Source: Breznakia blatticola
Lineage (GTDB): Bacteria; Bacillota_I; Bacilli_A; Erysipelotrichales; Erysipelotrichaceae
Direction: 5' to 3'
Assembly: GCF_004365815.1 (NCBI RefSeq)
Contig: NZ_SODD01000034.1
Location: forward strand, 1 to 29,340
Length of the DNA: 29,340 nucleotides
This document shows positions 21,873-29,340 of this stretch, piece by piece. Below the pieces are notes generated by a model. The model had not been told where the DNA came from, searched no databases, and saw nothing but the letters and a program-made list of their open reading frames with translations. Position 1 is the first letter of the stretch, and the number at the start of each line of letters is the position of its first letter. The translations under genes and the position numbers were made by a program.

Positions 21873-21911
21873 CTATCTAAAGTAAAAATAAAAAGTTGAT
21901 GTTAGTTTCAT
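21873..21911 (-). promoter_or_regulatory. Candidate leader-peptide ORF MKLTSTFYFYFR* of the aro operon
   Basis: ATG AAA CTA ACA TCA ACT TTT TAT TTT TAC TTT AGA TAG on the minus strand. The ATG lies 6 nt after the -10 TACAAT, giving leaderless geometry with no SD. It has five consecutive Phe/Tyr codons. Confidence 0.4.
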
Positions 21912-21917
21912 GCGTAC

Positions 21918-21946
21918 ATTGTAATACGATATATTTCGTTTTGCAA
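21918..21946 (-). promoter_or_regulatory. aro operon promoter
   Basis: Minus strand: TTGCAA (21946-21941), 17-nt spacer, TACAAT (21923-21918). Confidence 0.6.
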
Positions 21947-21947
21947 G

Positions 21948-21993
21948 CACTTTATGAAAATTTTACAATTTATGAAACAATTTTCATAAAAAT
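21948..21993. promoter_or_regulatory. Candidate operator cluster in the divergent aro/pheA control region
   Basis: Perfect inverted repeat TTTATGAAA-caat-TTTCATAAA (21969-21990), plus a third direct half-site TTTATGAAA (21951-21959). AATTTTCATAAAAAT (21979-21993) matches the CodY box AATTTTCWGAAAATT at 13 of 15 positions. Confidence 0.45.
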
Positions 21994-22003
21994 CATGTAT
22001 AAT
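21973..22003 (+). promoter_or_regulatory. Candidate pheA operon promoter
   Basis: -10 TATAAT (21998-22003) preceded by TG. Weak -35 (TGAAAC 21973-21978). The palindrome occupies the -35/spacer. A second TATAAT (22046-22051) is too close to the SD to be the main one. Confidence 0.4.
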
Positions 22004-22069
22004 ACAAAGTTAAGGGAATATATAAAAACTAAACTATATTTGTTGTATAATAAATAAAGGAGATTTACG

Positions 22070-23137
22070 ATGAATAAATTAGAGCAAGCAAGAGTGAAAA
22101 TTAACGAAATTGATCAAGCCATGGCTGAGTTATTTGAAAAACGAATGCATGCAGTTGAGGATGTCATTTCTTATAAGCAAGAACACCAAATGGAAGTTCT
22201 TGATTTTTCACGTGAACAACAAGTCATTCAAAAGAATCTATTACATATTCAAGATGAAAAACTACGCTCCTATTATGAAGAATTCATTACAGATGTTATG
22301 AAAGTAAGTCGTCATTATCAACATGCAACACTGATTGAAAAGAAAATTGGTTATCAAGGAACATATGGTGCCTTTTCATATTTGGCAGCGCGTGCAACAT
22401 TTCCAGATGATGAACTGATTCGATTCAAAAGTTTTGAAGATGTGTGTAAAGCAGTGGAAAGCAAAGAAATTCGCTATGGTGTAATTCCATTAGAAAATTC
22501 TCATAGTGGTGAAGTTGGTGAAGTCAGTGATTTACTGTATCGCTATCCTTTATATATTGTGGACATCTTTGATTTACAAGTCAATCAAGCATTGCTTGCT
22601 AAAGAAGATATTCCAATTGATCAAATCACAAAGATTTATTCACATCCACAAGCGATTAGTCAGTGCTCCAAATTTCTAAAAGGAAGAAATATCGAGATTA
22701 TTGAATTTCCAAATACTGCACTAGCTGCTGAATTTGTAAGTAAACAAGAAGATCCAACCATTGCAGCGATTGCAAGTAAGGAAGCCGCTCAACTATTTGG
22801 ATTAAAGATCGTTGAAGATAATATACAAACAAATGATGATAATACAACACGTTTTGCGATTGTCGCAAAAGAAGCAAATACGCAAGGAAATCATTTCCAA
22901 GTTATCTTTACCCTTGCCAACAAACAAGGAACGCTAGCACAAGCGATTAATAGTATCGCTTCACGTGGCTTTAATATGAAAAGTATTAAATCGCGTTCGA
23001 TTCCACAAAATGCTTGGTCGTATTACTTCCAAGTAGAACTCGAAGGATTTTATGAAGATGCATCGACACAAGCGATGTTAAAAGAATTAGGCACGGTTTG
23101 CCGTGATTTAAAATATATTGGTTCATACAATAAGTAG
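22070..23137 (+). CDS. pheA: Bifunctional chorismate mutase / prephenate dehydratase (P-protein)
   Basis: N-terminal AroQ-type chorismate mutase (R..I..ID..ll.Ll.kRm). Then prephenate dehydratase (IGYQGTYGAFSY..., PLENSHSGEV, SHPQA..QC, TRFA). C-terminal ACT domain (FTLANKQGTLAQAINSIASRGFNM.SI.SR). SD AAAGGAG. Confidence 0.93.
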   Translation: MNKLEQARVKINEIDQAMAELFEKRMHAVEDVISYKQEHQMEVLDFSREQQVIQKNLLHIQDEKLRSYYEEFITDVMKVSRHYQHATLIEKKIGYQGTYGAFSYLAARATFPDDELIRFKSFEDVCKAVESKEIRYGVIPLENSHSGEVGEVSDLLYRYPLYIVDIFDLQVNQALLAKEDIPIDQITKIYSHPQAISQCSKFLKGRNIEIIEFPNTALAAEFVSKQEDPTIAAIASKEAAQLFGLKIVEDNIQTNDDNTTRFAIVAKEANTQGNHFQVIFTLANKQGTLAQAINSIASRGFNMKSIKSRSIPQNAWSYYFQVELEGFYEDASTQAMLKELGTVCRDLKYIGSYNK

Positions 23138-23145
23138 GGGGACAT

Positions 23146-24381
23146 ATGAAAACATTTATTAAAGAAAACGTAAATACTACACCGATTGTTGATAATGTAT
23201 TCTCAATTGTATCTAAAGCGAAAGAAGCGATCGCAAAAGTAGGAGCAGATCAAGTTGTTGATGCAACAATCGGATCTCTATATGGTGAAGATGGAAAACT
23301 TGTAGCTTTTGAATCGGTATATCGTCCATATGATGCGATTGATGATCGTCTAAAAGCAGCATATGCACAAAGTTTTGTTGGTAATGATGATTATCGTAAA
23401 GCGGTATACGACTGGGTTGTCCAAGACAGTAAACTTGACTTAGAACATTCGGTATTAGCTACGCCAGGAGGTAGTGGTGCAGTAAGTACTACGATCTCGA
23501 TGTTACTAGATGAAAATGAAACATTAATCATTCCCGAGATTGCTTGGGGTTCATATAAATTGATGGCCACAATGAACAATATTGACACAGTTTGTTACTC
23601 ATTATTTGATGGTGATGGATTCAATCTTGATGACTTTAAGAAAACTTGCAAAAATGTAATGAAAAAGCAAGGTAAAGTTCTTGTGATTATTAATGACCCA
23701 TGTCATAATCCTACTGGATACACTTTAACAAGTGAGGAATGGGATGCTGTAATGGACATCGCAAATGAACTTGGAAAAGAAGGTCCGTTTATTATCTTAA
23801 ATGATATTGCATATATTGATTTTGCTTGGGATTTTAAAGCAAGTCGTAACTATATGCATGCATTTAATAAAATGAGTGACGATGTAATGGTAATTGTTGC
23901 TTTCTCATGTTCAAAAACATTAACTGCATACGGATTACGCTGTGGTGCAGCAATGATTTTGGCAAAACAGAAAGAAAGTGTACGCCAAGTAGAAATCGTC
24001 ATGGAAAAAGCCGCAAGAGCGATATGGTCAAACATTCCAAATGCTGCGATGAAAAACTTCGTCTATGTAACCAAAGAAGGAAAAGAAGACTTCGAAAAAG
24101 AAAAAGATTCATATGTTGCTTTGTTAAAGAAACGTAGTGATATCTTTATTGAAGAAGCAGATGCTTGTGGACTTACATATTATCCATATCGTGAAGGATT
24201 CTTTGTGACATTACGTTATGAAGATCCAGACATGCAAACAAAAATGCATGAAGCCTGTATGGCTGAAAACATCTTTACTGTGAAAGTAAACAAAGGAATC
24301 CGAGTTGCTTTATGTTCACTCAGTGTAGATAAAGTAAAAGGGCTCGCTTACAAAATGAAGGAGATTAACGACAAGTTATAA
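23146..24381 (+). CDS. Class I PLP-dependent aminotransferase (aspartate/aromatic amino acid aminotransferase type)
   Basis: GGSGA.., NDPCHNPTG.., PLP-lysine motif SCSKTLTAYGLRCG (compare AspC SYSKNFGLYNERVG). The operon context with pheA suggests the Phe/Tyr transamination step. Confidence 0.85.
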   Translation: MKTFIKENVNTTPIVDNVFSIVSKAKEAIAKVGADQVVDATIGSLYGEDGKLVAFESVYRPYDAIDDRLKAAYAQSFVGNDDYRKAVYDWVVQDSKLDLEHSVLATPGGSGAVSTTISMLLDENETLIIPEIAWGSYKLMATMNNIDTVCYSLFDGDGFNLDDFKKTCKNVMKKQGKVLVIINDPCHNPTGYTLTSEEWDAVMDIANELGKEGPFIILNDIAYIDFAWDFKASRNYMHAFNKMSDDVMVIVAFSCSKTLTAYGLRCGAAMILAKQKESVRQVEIVMEKAARAIWSNIPNAAMKNFVYVTKEGKEDFEKEKDSYVALLKKRSDIFIEEADACGLTYYPYREGFFVTLRYEDPDMQTKMHEACMAENIFTVKVNKGIRVALCSLSVDKVKGLAYKMKEINDKL

Positions 24382-24399
24382 TGAAAAAAAAATAGTGGT

Positions 24400-25251
24400 T
24401 TGGGCATTGTTGCATTTGTGATGCTGGTGTTGATGGTCGTGGTAGTGAGTTACCTTGGCTATGAACAAGGGTGGCATACACTAATTTCACTTTGGTTAGC
24501 ACGTCATGCATCACTTGTTTACGCATTATGTGTAACCTGTGTTGTCATGTTTGGTTTAGCAACCATTGTCGCAAGAAAAAAAGAGAAAGAAAAATCATCA
24601 GCATTGAAGTTTTATGGAACTTTACTGGTGGTTTTCATGTTGCTTGTTGCGATATCCTTTAATTATTTCCGTAATCAAAATTCCTTATATGGAGAAAATA
24701 CGAAATATGATGACAATGAAACGATTAAAATTGCAGATGATTTACCACCAATTACAATCGTTGGTGACTTGAGTGATGAAGAAAAGAGTTACTTCATCGA
24801 TGAATGTATCAAACCACAACCATATGAATTATTAAAAGAAACCACACGAATTTTCTTATGCAGTCGCGAACAATTTGAAGAAATTCGTAAAGAGAACGAT
24901 ATTGCACAAGCAGTCGCGTTTGCTGTGCCAACCAATCGTCATATCTATATTGATGCAAGTCGAGTTGGTATGTATCGTGTCGTTACTCATGAATTATCAC
25001 ATAACTATGATGTCTCACATGACTTCATCAGTGAAACTAAAAAGTTTAAAAAAGAATTTGAAGAGTTCACAAAAGATGAACAGTTTAATGGATTATTTAA
25101 TTTATTAGATGTGCAATATGCACGAAGTAGTGCAGCTGAGTTCTTTGCAGAAGTTAGTGATACATACTTCAATCAAGGGCAAGAGTTAGAAAGACGCTTC
25201 CCTGAATTGTATACATATTTTGATGCGATCTATAGTGGAGAAAATCTATGA
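24400..25251 (+). CDS. Membrane-anchored putative zinc metallopeptidase (HExxH), family uncertain (ATLF-like?)
   Basis: Three N-terminal TM helices. Soluble domain carries THELSHNYD (HExxH) and a downstream [12 protein letters not shown] (possible third-ligand Glu). The TTG start has no SD; see the A9 finding. Its stop overlaps the dtd ATG (ATGA). Confidence 0.55.
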   Translation: MGIVAFVMLVLMVVVVSYLGYEQGWHTLISLWLARHASLVYALCVTCVVMFGLATIVARKKEKEKSSALKFYGTLLVVFMLLVAISFNYFRNQNSLYGENTKYDDNETIKIADDLPPITIVGDLSDEEKSYFIDECIKPQPYELLKETTRIFLCSREQFEEIRKENDIAQAVAFAVPTNRHIYIDASRVGMYRVVTHELSHNYDVSHDFISETKKFKKEFEEFTKDEQFNGLFNLLDVQYARSSAAEFFAEVSDTYFNQGQELERRFPELYTYFDAIYSGENL

Positions 25252-25700
25252 GGGTATTAATTCAAAGAGTGAAACATGCAAGTGTCACAATTGATGGAGC
25301 AGTATATAGTGAAATTAAACAAGGATATGTATTACTTGTTGGAATCACAACGGATGATACAAAAGAAATAAGTGAAAAACTAGCAAAAAAGATTGCGCAA
25401 CTACGCATCTTTGAAGATGAAGATGGCAAGATGAATTTAGATATTCAACAAGTAGGGGGAAGTATATTAAGTATCTCGCAATTCACACTTTATGCAGATA
25501 CAAAAAAGGGAAATCGCCCAGGTTTCTCAAGAGCGGCAAGACCCGAACAAGCAAATCCATTATATAAAATGTTCAATGAACAGTTGCGTAGTCATGGACT
25601 GTATGTAAAAACAGGAGTCTTTGGTGCAGATATGAAAGTAGAATTATGCAATGATGGTCCTGTAACCATCATGCTAGATAGTGAGGAAATGTATGGATAA
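25248..25700 (+). CDS. dtd: D-aminoacyl-tRNA deacylase
   Basis: [40 protein letters not shown]. 150 aa. Confidence 0.95.
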   Translation: MRVLIQRVKHASVTIDGAVYSEIKQGYVLLVGITTDDTKEISEKLAKKIAQLRIFEDEDGKMNLDIQQVGGSILSISQFTLYADTKKGNRPGFSRAARPEQANPLYKMFNEQLRSHGLYVKTGVFGADMKVELCNDGPVTIMLDSEEMYG

Positions 25701-26568
25701 AATTATTTATGGTAGTGAAATTGCCGCAAAGTGTAAAGAAGATTTAAAAGTAGAAATCGAAGGATATAAAGCCAAAGGAATGCGGTTACCGCAACTTGTA
25801 GTAATTCTTGTTGGTGATGATGTAGGAAGTCAGTCCTATGTTAAAGGTAAAGAAAAAGCCTGTGAAGCCATTGGAATGCAAAATGCAACCATCCGTTATG
25901 ATGCAAGTATTAGCGAAGAAAAATTGATTGAAAAGATTCAAGAATTAAATTATGATGACAATGTAGATGGGATTTTGGTACAACTGCCATTACCATCACA
26001 TATCGATACCAATCGTGTCTTATTCAGTATTAACCCAGACAAAGATGTAGATGGATTTCATCCATATAACATCGGAAAAATGATTATTGGGGAAGATACT
26101 TTTCTACCTTGTACCCCAAAAGGGATTATCAAGATATTAGAATCGATTGGCTATGATGATTTATCAGGAAAAAATGCAGTTGTTATTGGGCGTAGTAATA
26201 TTGTTGGAAAACCAATTGCACAATTATTACTTAATAAGAATGCAACTGTGCAAATGACACACTCACGCACAAAAAACATTGAAGATATTGTAAAACATGC
26301 CGATATCGTAGTTGCTGCTGTTGGAAGAGCCAAACTTGTGAAAAAGGAATGGATCAAAGAAGATGCAGTCGTAATTGATGTAGGTGTAAATCGTGGTGAA
26401 GATGGAAAACTTTGTGGTGATGTTGATTTTGATGATGTTATTGATAAAGTAAAATACATTACGCCAGTGCCAAAAGGTGTTGGGCCAATGACGATTGCGA
26501 TGTTATTAGAAAATACGGTGGAATCGTATCGAAAAAGAGAGGATCTAGAAGATGGAGTACAATCTTAA
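25693..26568 (+). CDS. folD: Bifunctional methylenetetrahydrofolate dehydrogenase / methenyltetrahydrofolate cyclohydrolase
   Basis: [68 protein letters not shown] 25693 is preferred (GAGGAA 4-5 nt upstream) and overlaps dtd by 8 nt. Confidence 0.93.
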   Translation: MDKIIYGSEIAAKCKEDLKVEIEGYKAKGMRLPQLVVILVGDDVGSQSYVKGKEKACEAIGMQNATIRYDASISEEKLIEKIQELNYDDNVDGILVQLPLPSHIDTNRVLFSINPDKDVDGFHPYNIGKMIIGEDTFLPCTPKGIIKILESIGYDDLSGKNAVVIGRSNIVGKPIAQLLLNKNATVQMTHSRTKNIEDIVKHADIVVAAVGRAKLVKKEWIKEDAVVIDVGVNRGEDGKLCGDVDFDDVIDKVKYITPVPKGVGPMTIAMLLENTVESYRKREDLEDGVQS

Positions 26569-26761
26569 CGATATTGTAGAGATGAAAAAACAACACCCAT
26601 GTAAAAAAAGCAACGAATGGAAAATCATTCGTATGGGTGCAGATATTCGTATCAAATGTTTAGGATGCGGATCATCAGTATTAATGGAACGCAGAGATTT
26701 TGAAAAGAAATTAAAAAAGATTGTAAAGAAAGCGGATATCAACGATGAAGAAACTAATTAG
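26552..26761 (+). CDS. DUF951 family protein (YyzM-like)
   Basis: The pattern DIVEMKKQHPCKKSNEWKIIRMGADIRIKCLGCGSSVLMERRDFEKKLKKI is as I remember for DUF951. This family lies next to ychF in Bacillus (established synteny, from memory). Confidence 0.75.
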   Translation: MEYNLNDIVEMKKQHPCKKSNEWKIIRMGADIRIKCLGCGSSVLMERRDFEKKLKKIVKKADINDEETN

Positions 26762-27233
26762 TATCTTAATGATTTTTGCCTTTTGTGTAGGATGTCAAAG
26801 TGAACCCGAAAAGGTTACAGTCGTATGCACATTTCAAGGAAAAGAATATGGAATAGACATGAAACAAGACATCACTTTACACGCTGAAGATGATGAAATC
26901 GTGCAAATTGATGATGATATGAGTTATACATTTGATAATGTAGAACGCTATCAAGAAGATATAGACTTAAAAATTGCTTCATATAAAGACTTAGAAAAAT
27001 GTCCAGATAAGACAGATAAAGATACATGTACAAAGAATGCAACATTCACTTGGAAACAAAAGGATAATGTTCTAAGTACAAAAAGTGTTGTCTATGTAAA
27101 AAAAGCACTTGAAGCAAATGAAAAACTGAGTATCTTTAAAGAGCTACCTGAAGGTAGTGATTACTATTCACTAAAAAGCACACGTAAAGCTTTAGAAGAT
27201 CAAGGCTATACATGTAAGGTAGTAAAGAAATAA
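26745..27233 (+). CDS. Putative lipoprotein
   Basis: MKKLISILMIFAFCVGC|QSE gives a signal peptide with a lipobox-like VGC. The mature part is hydrophilic. Overlaps the DUF951 gene by 17 nt. Confidence 0.7.
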   Translation: MKKLISILMIFAFCVGCQSEPEKVTVVCTFQGKEYGIDMKQDITLHAEDDEIVQIDDDMSYTFDNVERYQEDIDLKIASYKDLEKCPDKTDKDTCTKNATFTWKQKDNVLSTKSVVYVKKALEANEKLSIFKELPEGSDYYSLKSTRKALEDQGYTCKVVKK

Positions 27234-27244
27234 TCGAACGTTTG

Positions 27245-27269
27245 AAAACTGGCAATTGTCAGTTTTTTT
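27245..27269 (+). terminator. Rho-independent terminator ending the pheA-to-lipoprotein operon
   Basis: AAAACTGGCA-at-TGTCAGTTTTTTT (6-bp core with one G-U, extended by A/T pairs, then a T7 tail). Confidence 0.65.
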
Positions 27270-27451
27270 ATGTCCAAAATCGATAGATGTAGAAATCGAT
27301 AATTTATAACATGCTATGAAAAAACGCTAGATATTAGAATCCTGAAATAATAATGCACAATAATTGGACAATCCGTTGGATTCTTTTGAATTGATATTGC
27401 TTAAAAGTGTAAAAGAAGGTACACTATAACAGTATTTGAGAGGTATAAACT

Positions 27452-28552
27452 ATGGCATTAACAGCAGGAATTGTTGGTTTACCCAACGTAGGGAAATCAA
27501 CATTATTTAACGCGATTACAAAATCGCAAGTAGAAGCAGCAAACTACCCATTTGCGACAATTGAGCCAAATGTGGGAGTTGTAGAAGTACCAGACAGTAG
27601 AATTGATCGTTTGGTAGAAATCGTTCAACCAAAGAAAACATTATTTACAACATTTGAATTTACTGATATTGCAGGTCTTGTAAAAGGGGCAAGTAAAGGG
27701 GAAGGTTTAGGAAACCAATTTTTAAGTAACATTCGTTTAACTGACGCAATTTGTCATGTGGTTCGTTGTTTTGAAGATCCAAATGTAACCCATGTAGAAG
27801 GTTCCGTAGATCCAATTCGTGATATCGAAATCATTAACTTAGAACTTGTATTAGCAGATGAACAAACCGTAGATAATCGCTTATCTAAAGTCGAACGAAA
27901 AGTAAAAGCAAAAGATGCAGAAGGAATTGCTGAAAAAGCAGTGCTTGATAAAATCAAAGCAGCTTTAGCAGTTGGTAAACCCGCACGTAGTGTAGAACTT
28001 ACAAAAGATGAAAGAAACCTAGTTAGAGGATTTCAATTATTAACGATGAAACCTATGCTTTATGTTGCTAACATCGCTGAAGAAGAAATCAATGATCCAA
28101 AAAGTAATCCACACTTTAATAAAGTAGTAGAATTAGCAGCAAGTGAAAACAATGAAGTTGTCGCTATCTCCGCAAAAATTGAAGAAGAGTTATCTGTTTT
28201 AGACAAAGAAGAAAAAGATATGTTCTTACAAGATTTAGGAATTGGTGAATCTGGACTGGATCAAGTGATTAAAGCAAGTTATGCAATGCTTGATTTATGT
28301 ACATACTTTACAGCAGGTGTTGTTGAAGTTCGTGCATGGACATTCAAAAAAGGTATGACCGCTCCTGAATGTGCAGGAATTATTCATACAGACTTTGAAA
28401 AAGGATTCATTCGTGCAGAAACGATGTCATTTGAAGATATGGACACATATGGTAGTGAACAAGCAGTAAAAGAAGCTGGTAAGCTTCGCTTGGAAGGAAA
28501 AGACTATGTAGTTCAAGATGGAGACATCATGCACTTTAGATTTAACGTATAA
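27452..28552 (+). CDS. ychF: Redox-regulated ribosome-binding ATPase YchF
   Basis: [43 protein letters not shown], and the C-terminal TGS-like ..GK.Y.V.DGDI..FRFNV. 366 aa. Confidence 0.96.
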   Translation: MALTAGIVGLPNVGKSTLFNAITKSQVEAANYPFATIEPNVGVVEVPDSRIDRLVEIVQPKKTLFTTFEFTDIAGLVKGASKGEGLGNQFLSNIRLTDAICHVVRCFEDPNVTHVEGSVDPIRDIEIINLELVLADEQTVDNRLSKVERKVKAKDAEGIAEKAVLDKIKAALAVGKPARSVELTKDERNLVRGFQLLTMKPMLYVANIAEEEINDPKSNPHFNKVVELAASENNEVVAISAKIEEELSVLDKEEKDMFLQDLGIGESGLDQVIKASYAMLDLCTYFTAGVVEVRAWTFKKGMTAPECAGIIHTDFEKGFIRAETMSFEDMDTYGSEQAVKEAGKLRLEGKDYVVQDGDIMHFRFNV

Positions 28553-28562
28553 TTGTATTGAG

Positions 28563-28590
28563 AAGGTAATCGCAAAGATTACCTTTTTTA
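28563..28590 (+). terminator. Rho-independent terminator after ychF
   Basis: AAGGTAATC-gcaaa-GATTACCTT followed by a T-run. Confidence 0.8.
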
Positions 28591-28662
28591 ATACAGTAAA
28601 TTCTCCTATGGAGATATATTTATGATACTCATATAATGAAAGTGGATAGAGGTAATAATAGG

Positions 28663-29274
28663 ATGAGCAAACGATGGATTGATATTATGGAATATCTGAC
28701 GAAACATAAGGTTGCTACAAGCGAAGCCATGGCACAGGCGCTTTATGTAAGTCCAAAAACAATTCAAAATGAAATTAAAAAACTTGGTGAGATTTTACAA
28801 GATTACGGTGCAACGATCATTTCAAAACAAAGAATTGGATATTCTCTTGTTGTAAATGATGAAAAGAAATTGCATAATTTCATGCTGGAAATAAATCAAG
28901 AAATTATGAATCATCCAATGACAAAAGAAGATCGTATCCAATTTCAATTGGAATTATTGCTTTTAAATAATGATAAATACATAAAAGTAGAAGATATAGC
29001 TGATCAACTATATATTTCTAAATCAAGTGTTTCTCAGGATTTAAAAGAAGTACGAACGATTTTAGAAGAGTTTAATTTAACCTTAATTACCCGTCCGAAT
29101 TACGGTATCAAAGTAGAGGGAAAAGAATTCGATTTTCGCTTATGTACAGCCTCACATACGATAAAGAGGCTAGATTTTAACTATCAAGAGGACACAAATG
29201 AACAGGTTCGAAAAATTAACCTATGTGTATCTAAACATTTAAATGAAGGCTTAATTCAACCGATGCGCACCTAA
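28663..29274 (+). pseudogene. N-terminal fragment of a BglG/LicR/MtlR-type PRD-containing transcriptional regulator (two HTH domains only)
   Basis: The sequence W.DIMEYL.....ATSEAMAQALYVSPKTIQNEIKKL...L..YGA.I.SK.R.GY.L is followed by a second HTH (IKVEDIADQLYISKSSVSQDLKEVR.ILEEFNL.L..RPNYGIKVEG.E...R). The ORF stops after ~200 aa, where PRD1 should begin. All three frames are closed downstream. ATG 28663 is preferred, because TATAAT 28632-28637 overlaps ATG 28636. Confidence 0.5.
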
Positions 29275-29340
29275 CTTAGATTGTTACATGTATGATGATA
29301 CATTGAAATGTAAGATTACCATATAAAAATAAGGAAGGTA

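Noticed and set aside
21769-21960. T-box riboswitch or TRAP-binding leader upstream of aroB.
   Set aside because: The leader is only about 140 nt. It has no AGGGUGGNACCGCG-type T-box sequence and no stem I/specifier architecture. There are only two or three (U/G)AG triplets, not the 9-11 needed for TRAP.
21995-22057. 20-codon uORF MYNTKLREYIKTKLYLLYNK (4 Tyr) ending at the pheA SD.
   Set aside because: Its ATG lies inside the best -10 box, so it would not be on the transcript. Tyr (TAT) codons are expected in AT-rich DNA. Phe rather than Tyr codons would be expected for pheA control.
27277-27301. Direct repeat AAATCGATA x2 (each containing an ATCGAT palindrome) upstream of ychF.
   Set aside because: The repeats are short and sit about 150 nt upstream of the likely ychF promoter (TTGCTT-17-TACACT near 27398-27426). 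No basis exists to assign a binding protein. Noted only.
1-29340. Whole-window scan for CRISPR arrays, tRNA/rRNA genes, IS elements/transposases, integrases and prophage genes.
   Set aside because: No regularly spaced repeats, no tRNA-like cloverleaf candidates, no transposase- or integrase-like ORFs and no long terminal inverted repeats were seen by eye.

Overview
AT-rich Bacillota-type chromosome segment. The gene content looks like a gut Firmicute, possibly Erysipelotrichia or Clostridia-like, but that is inference only. No homology search or folding software was run; all family calls come from motifs read by eye.

The left third (1-11 kb) is an accessory locus. It holds a DUF4926-like small ORF, about 830 bp of decayed coding remnants, and a tightly coupled three-gene cassette:
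- a poly-Leu-anchored coiled-coil protein;
- a 2,890-aa polymorphic toxin with a Sec signal, a LysM domain and an RHS (YD-repeat) shell. Its post-core C-terminus is bipartite: a hydrophobic helical module, a K/D/N low-complexity linker, and a colicin-D-like tRNase-type domain;
- a 149-aa candidate immunity gene of no recognisable family, overlapping the toxin stop codon (TAATG).

The remainder is core metabolism:
- rarA, and mntP behind a yybP-ykoY Mn riboswitch;
- a Gfo/Idh/MocA oxidoreductase, a CIRCE-controlled hsp20 and a DUF4256 gene;
- a translationally coupled aro operon on the minus strand (aroB-aroC-aroE::aroK-aroF-aroA-tyrA);
- divergent from it, pheA-aminotransferase-HExxH membrane protein-dtd-folD-DUF951-lipoprotein;
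- ychF and a truncated PRD-type regulator.

The most notable signals outside the ORF track are:
- a 12-codon MKLTSTFYFYFR leader ORF plus terminator ahead of aroB, a candidate Phe/Tyr attenuator that appears leaderless;
- a TTTATGAAA palindrome (CodY-box-like) in the divergent aro/pheA promoter region;
- an A9 tract that separates the HExxH gene from an ATG overlapping the upstream stop codon;
- an extended -10 element placed to give a leaderless rarA mRNA.
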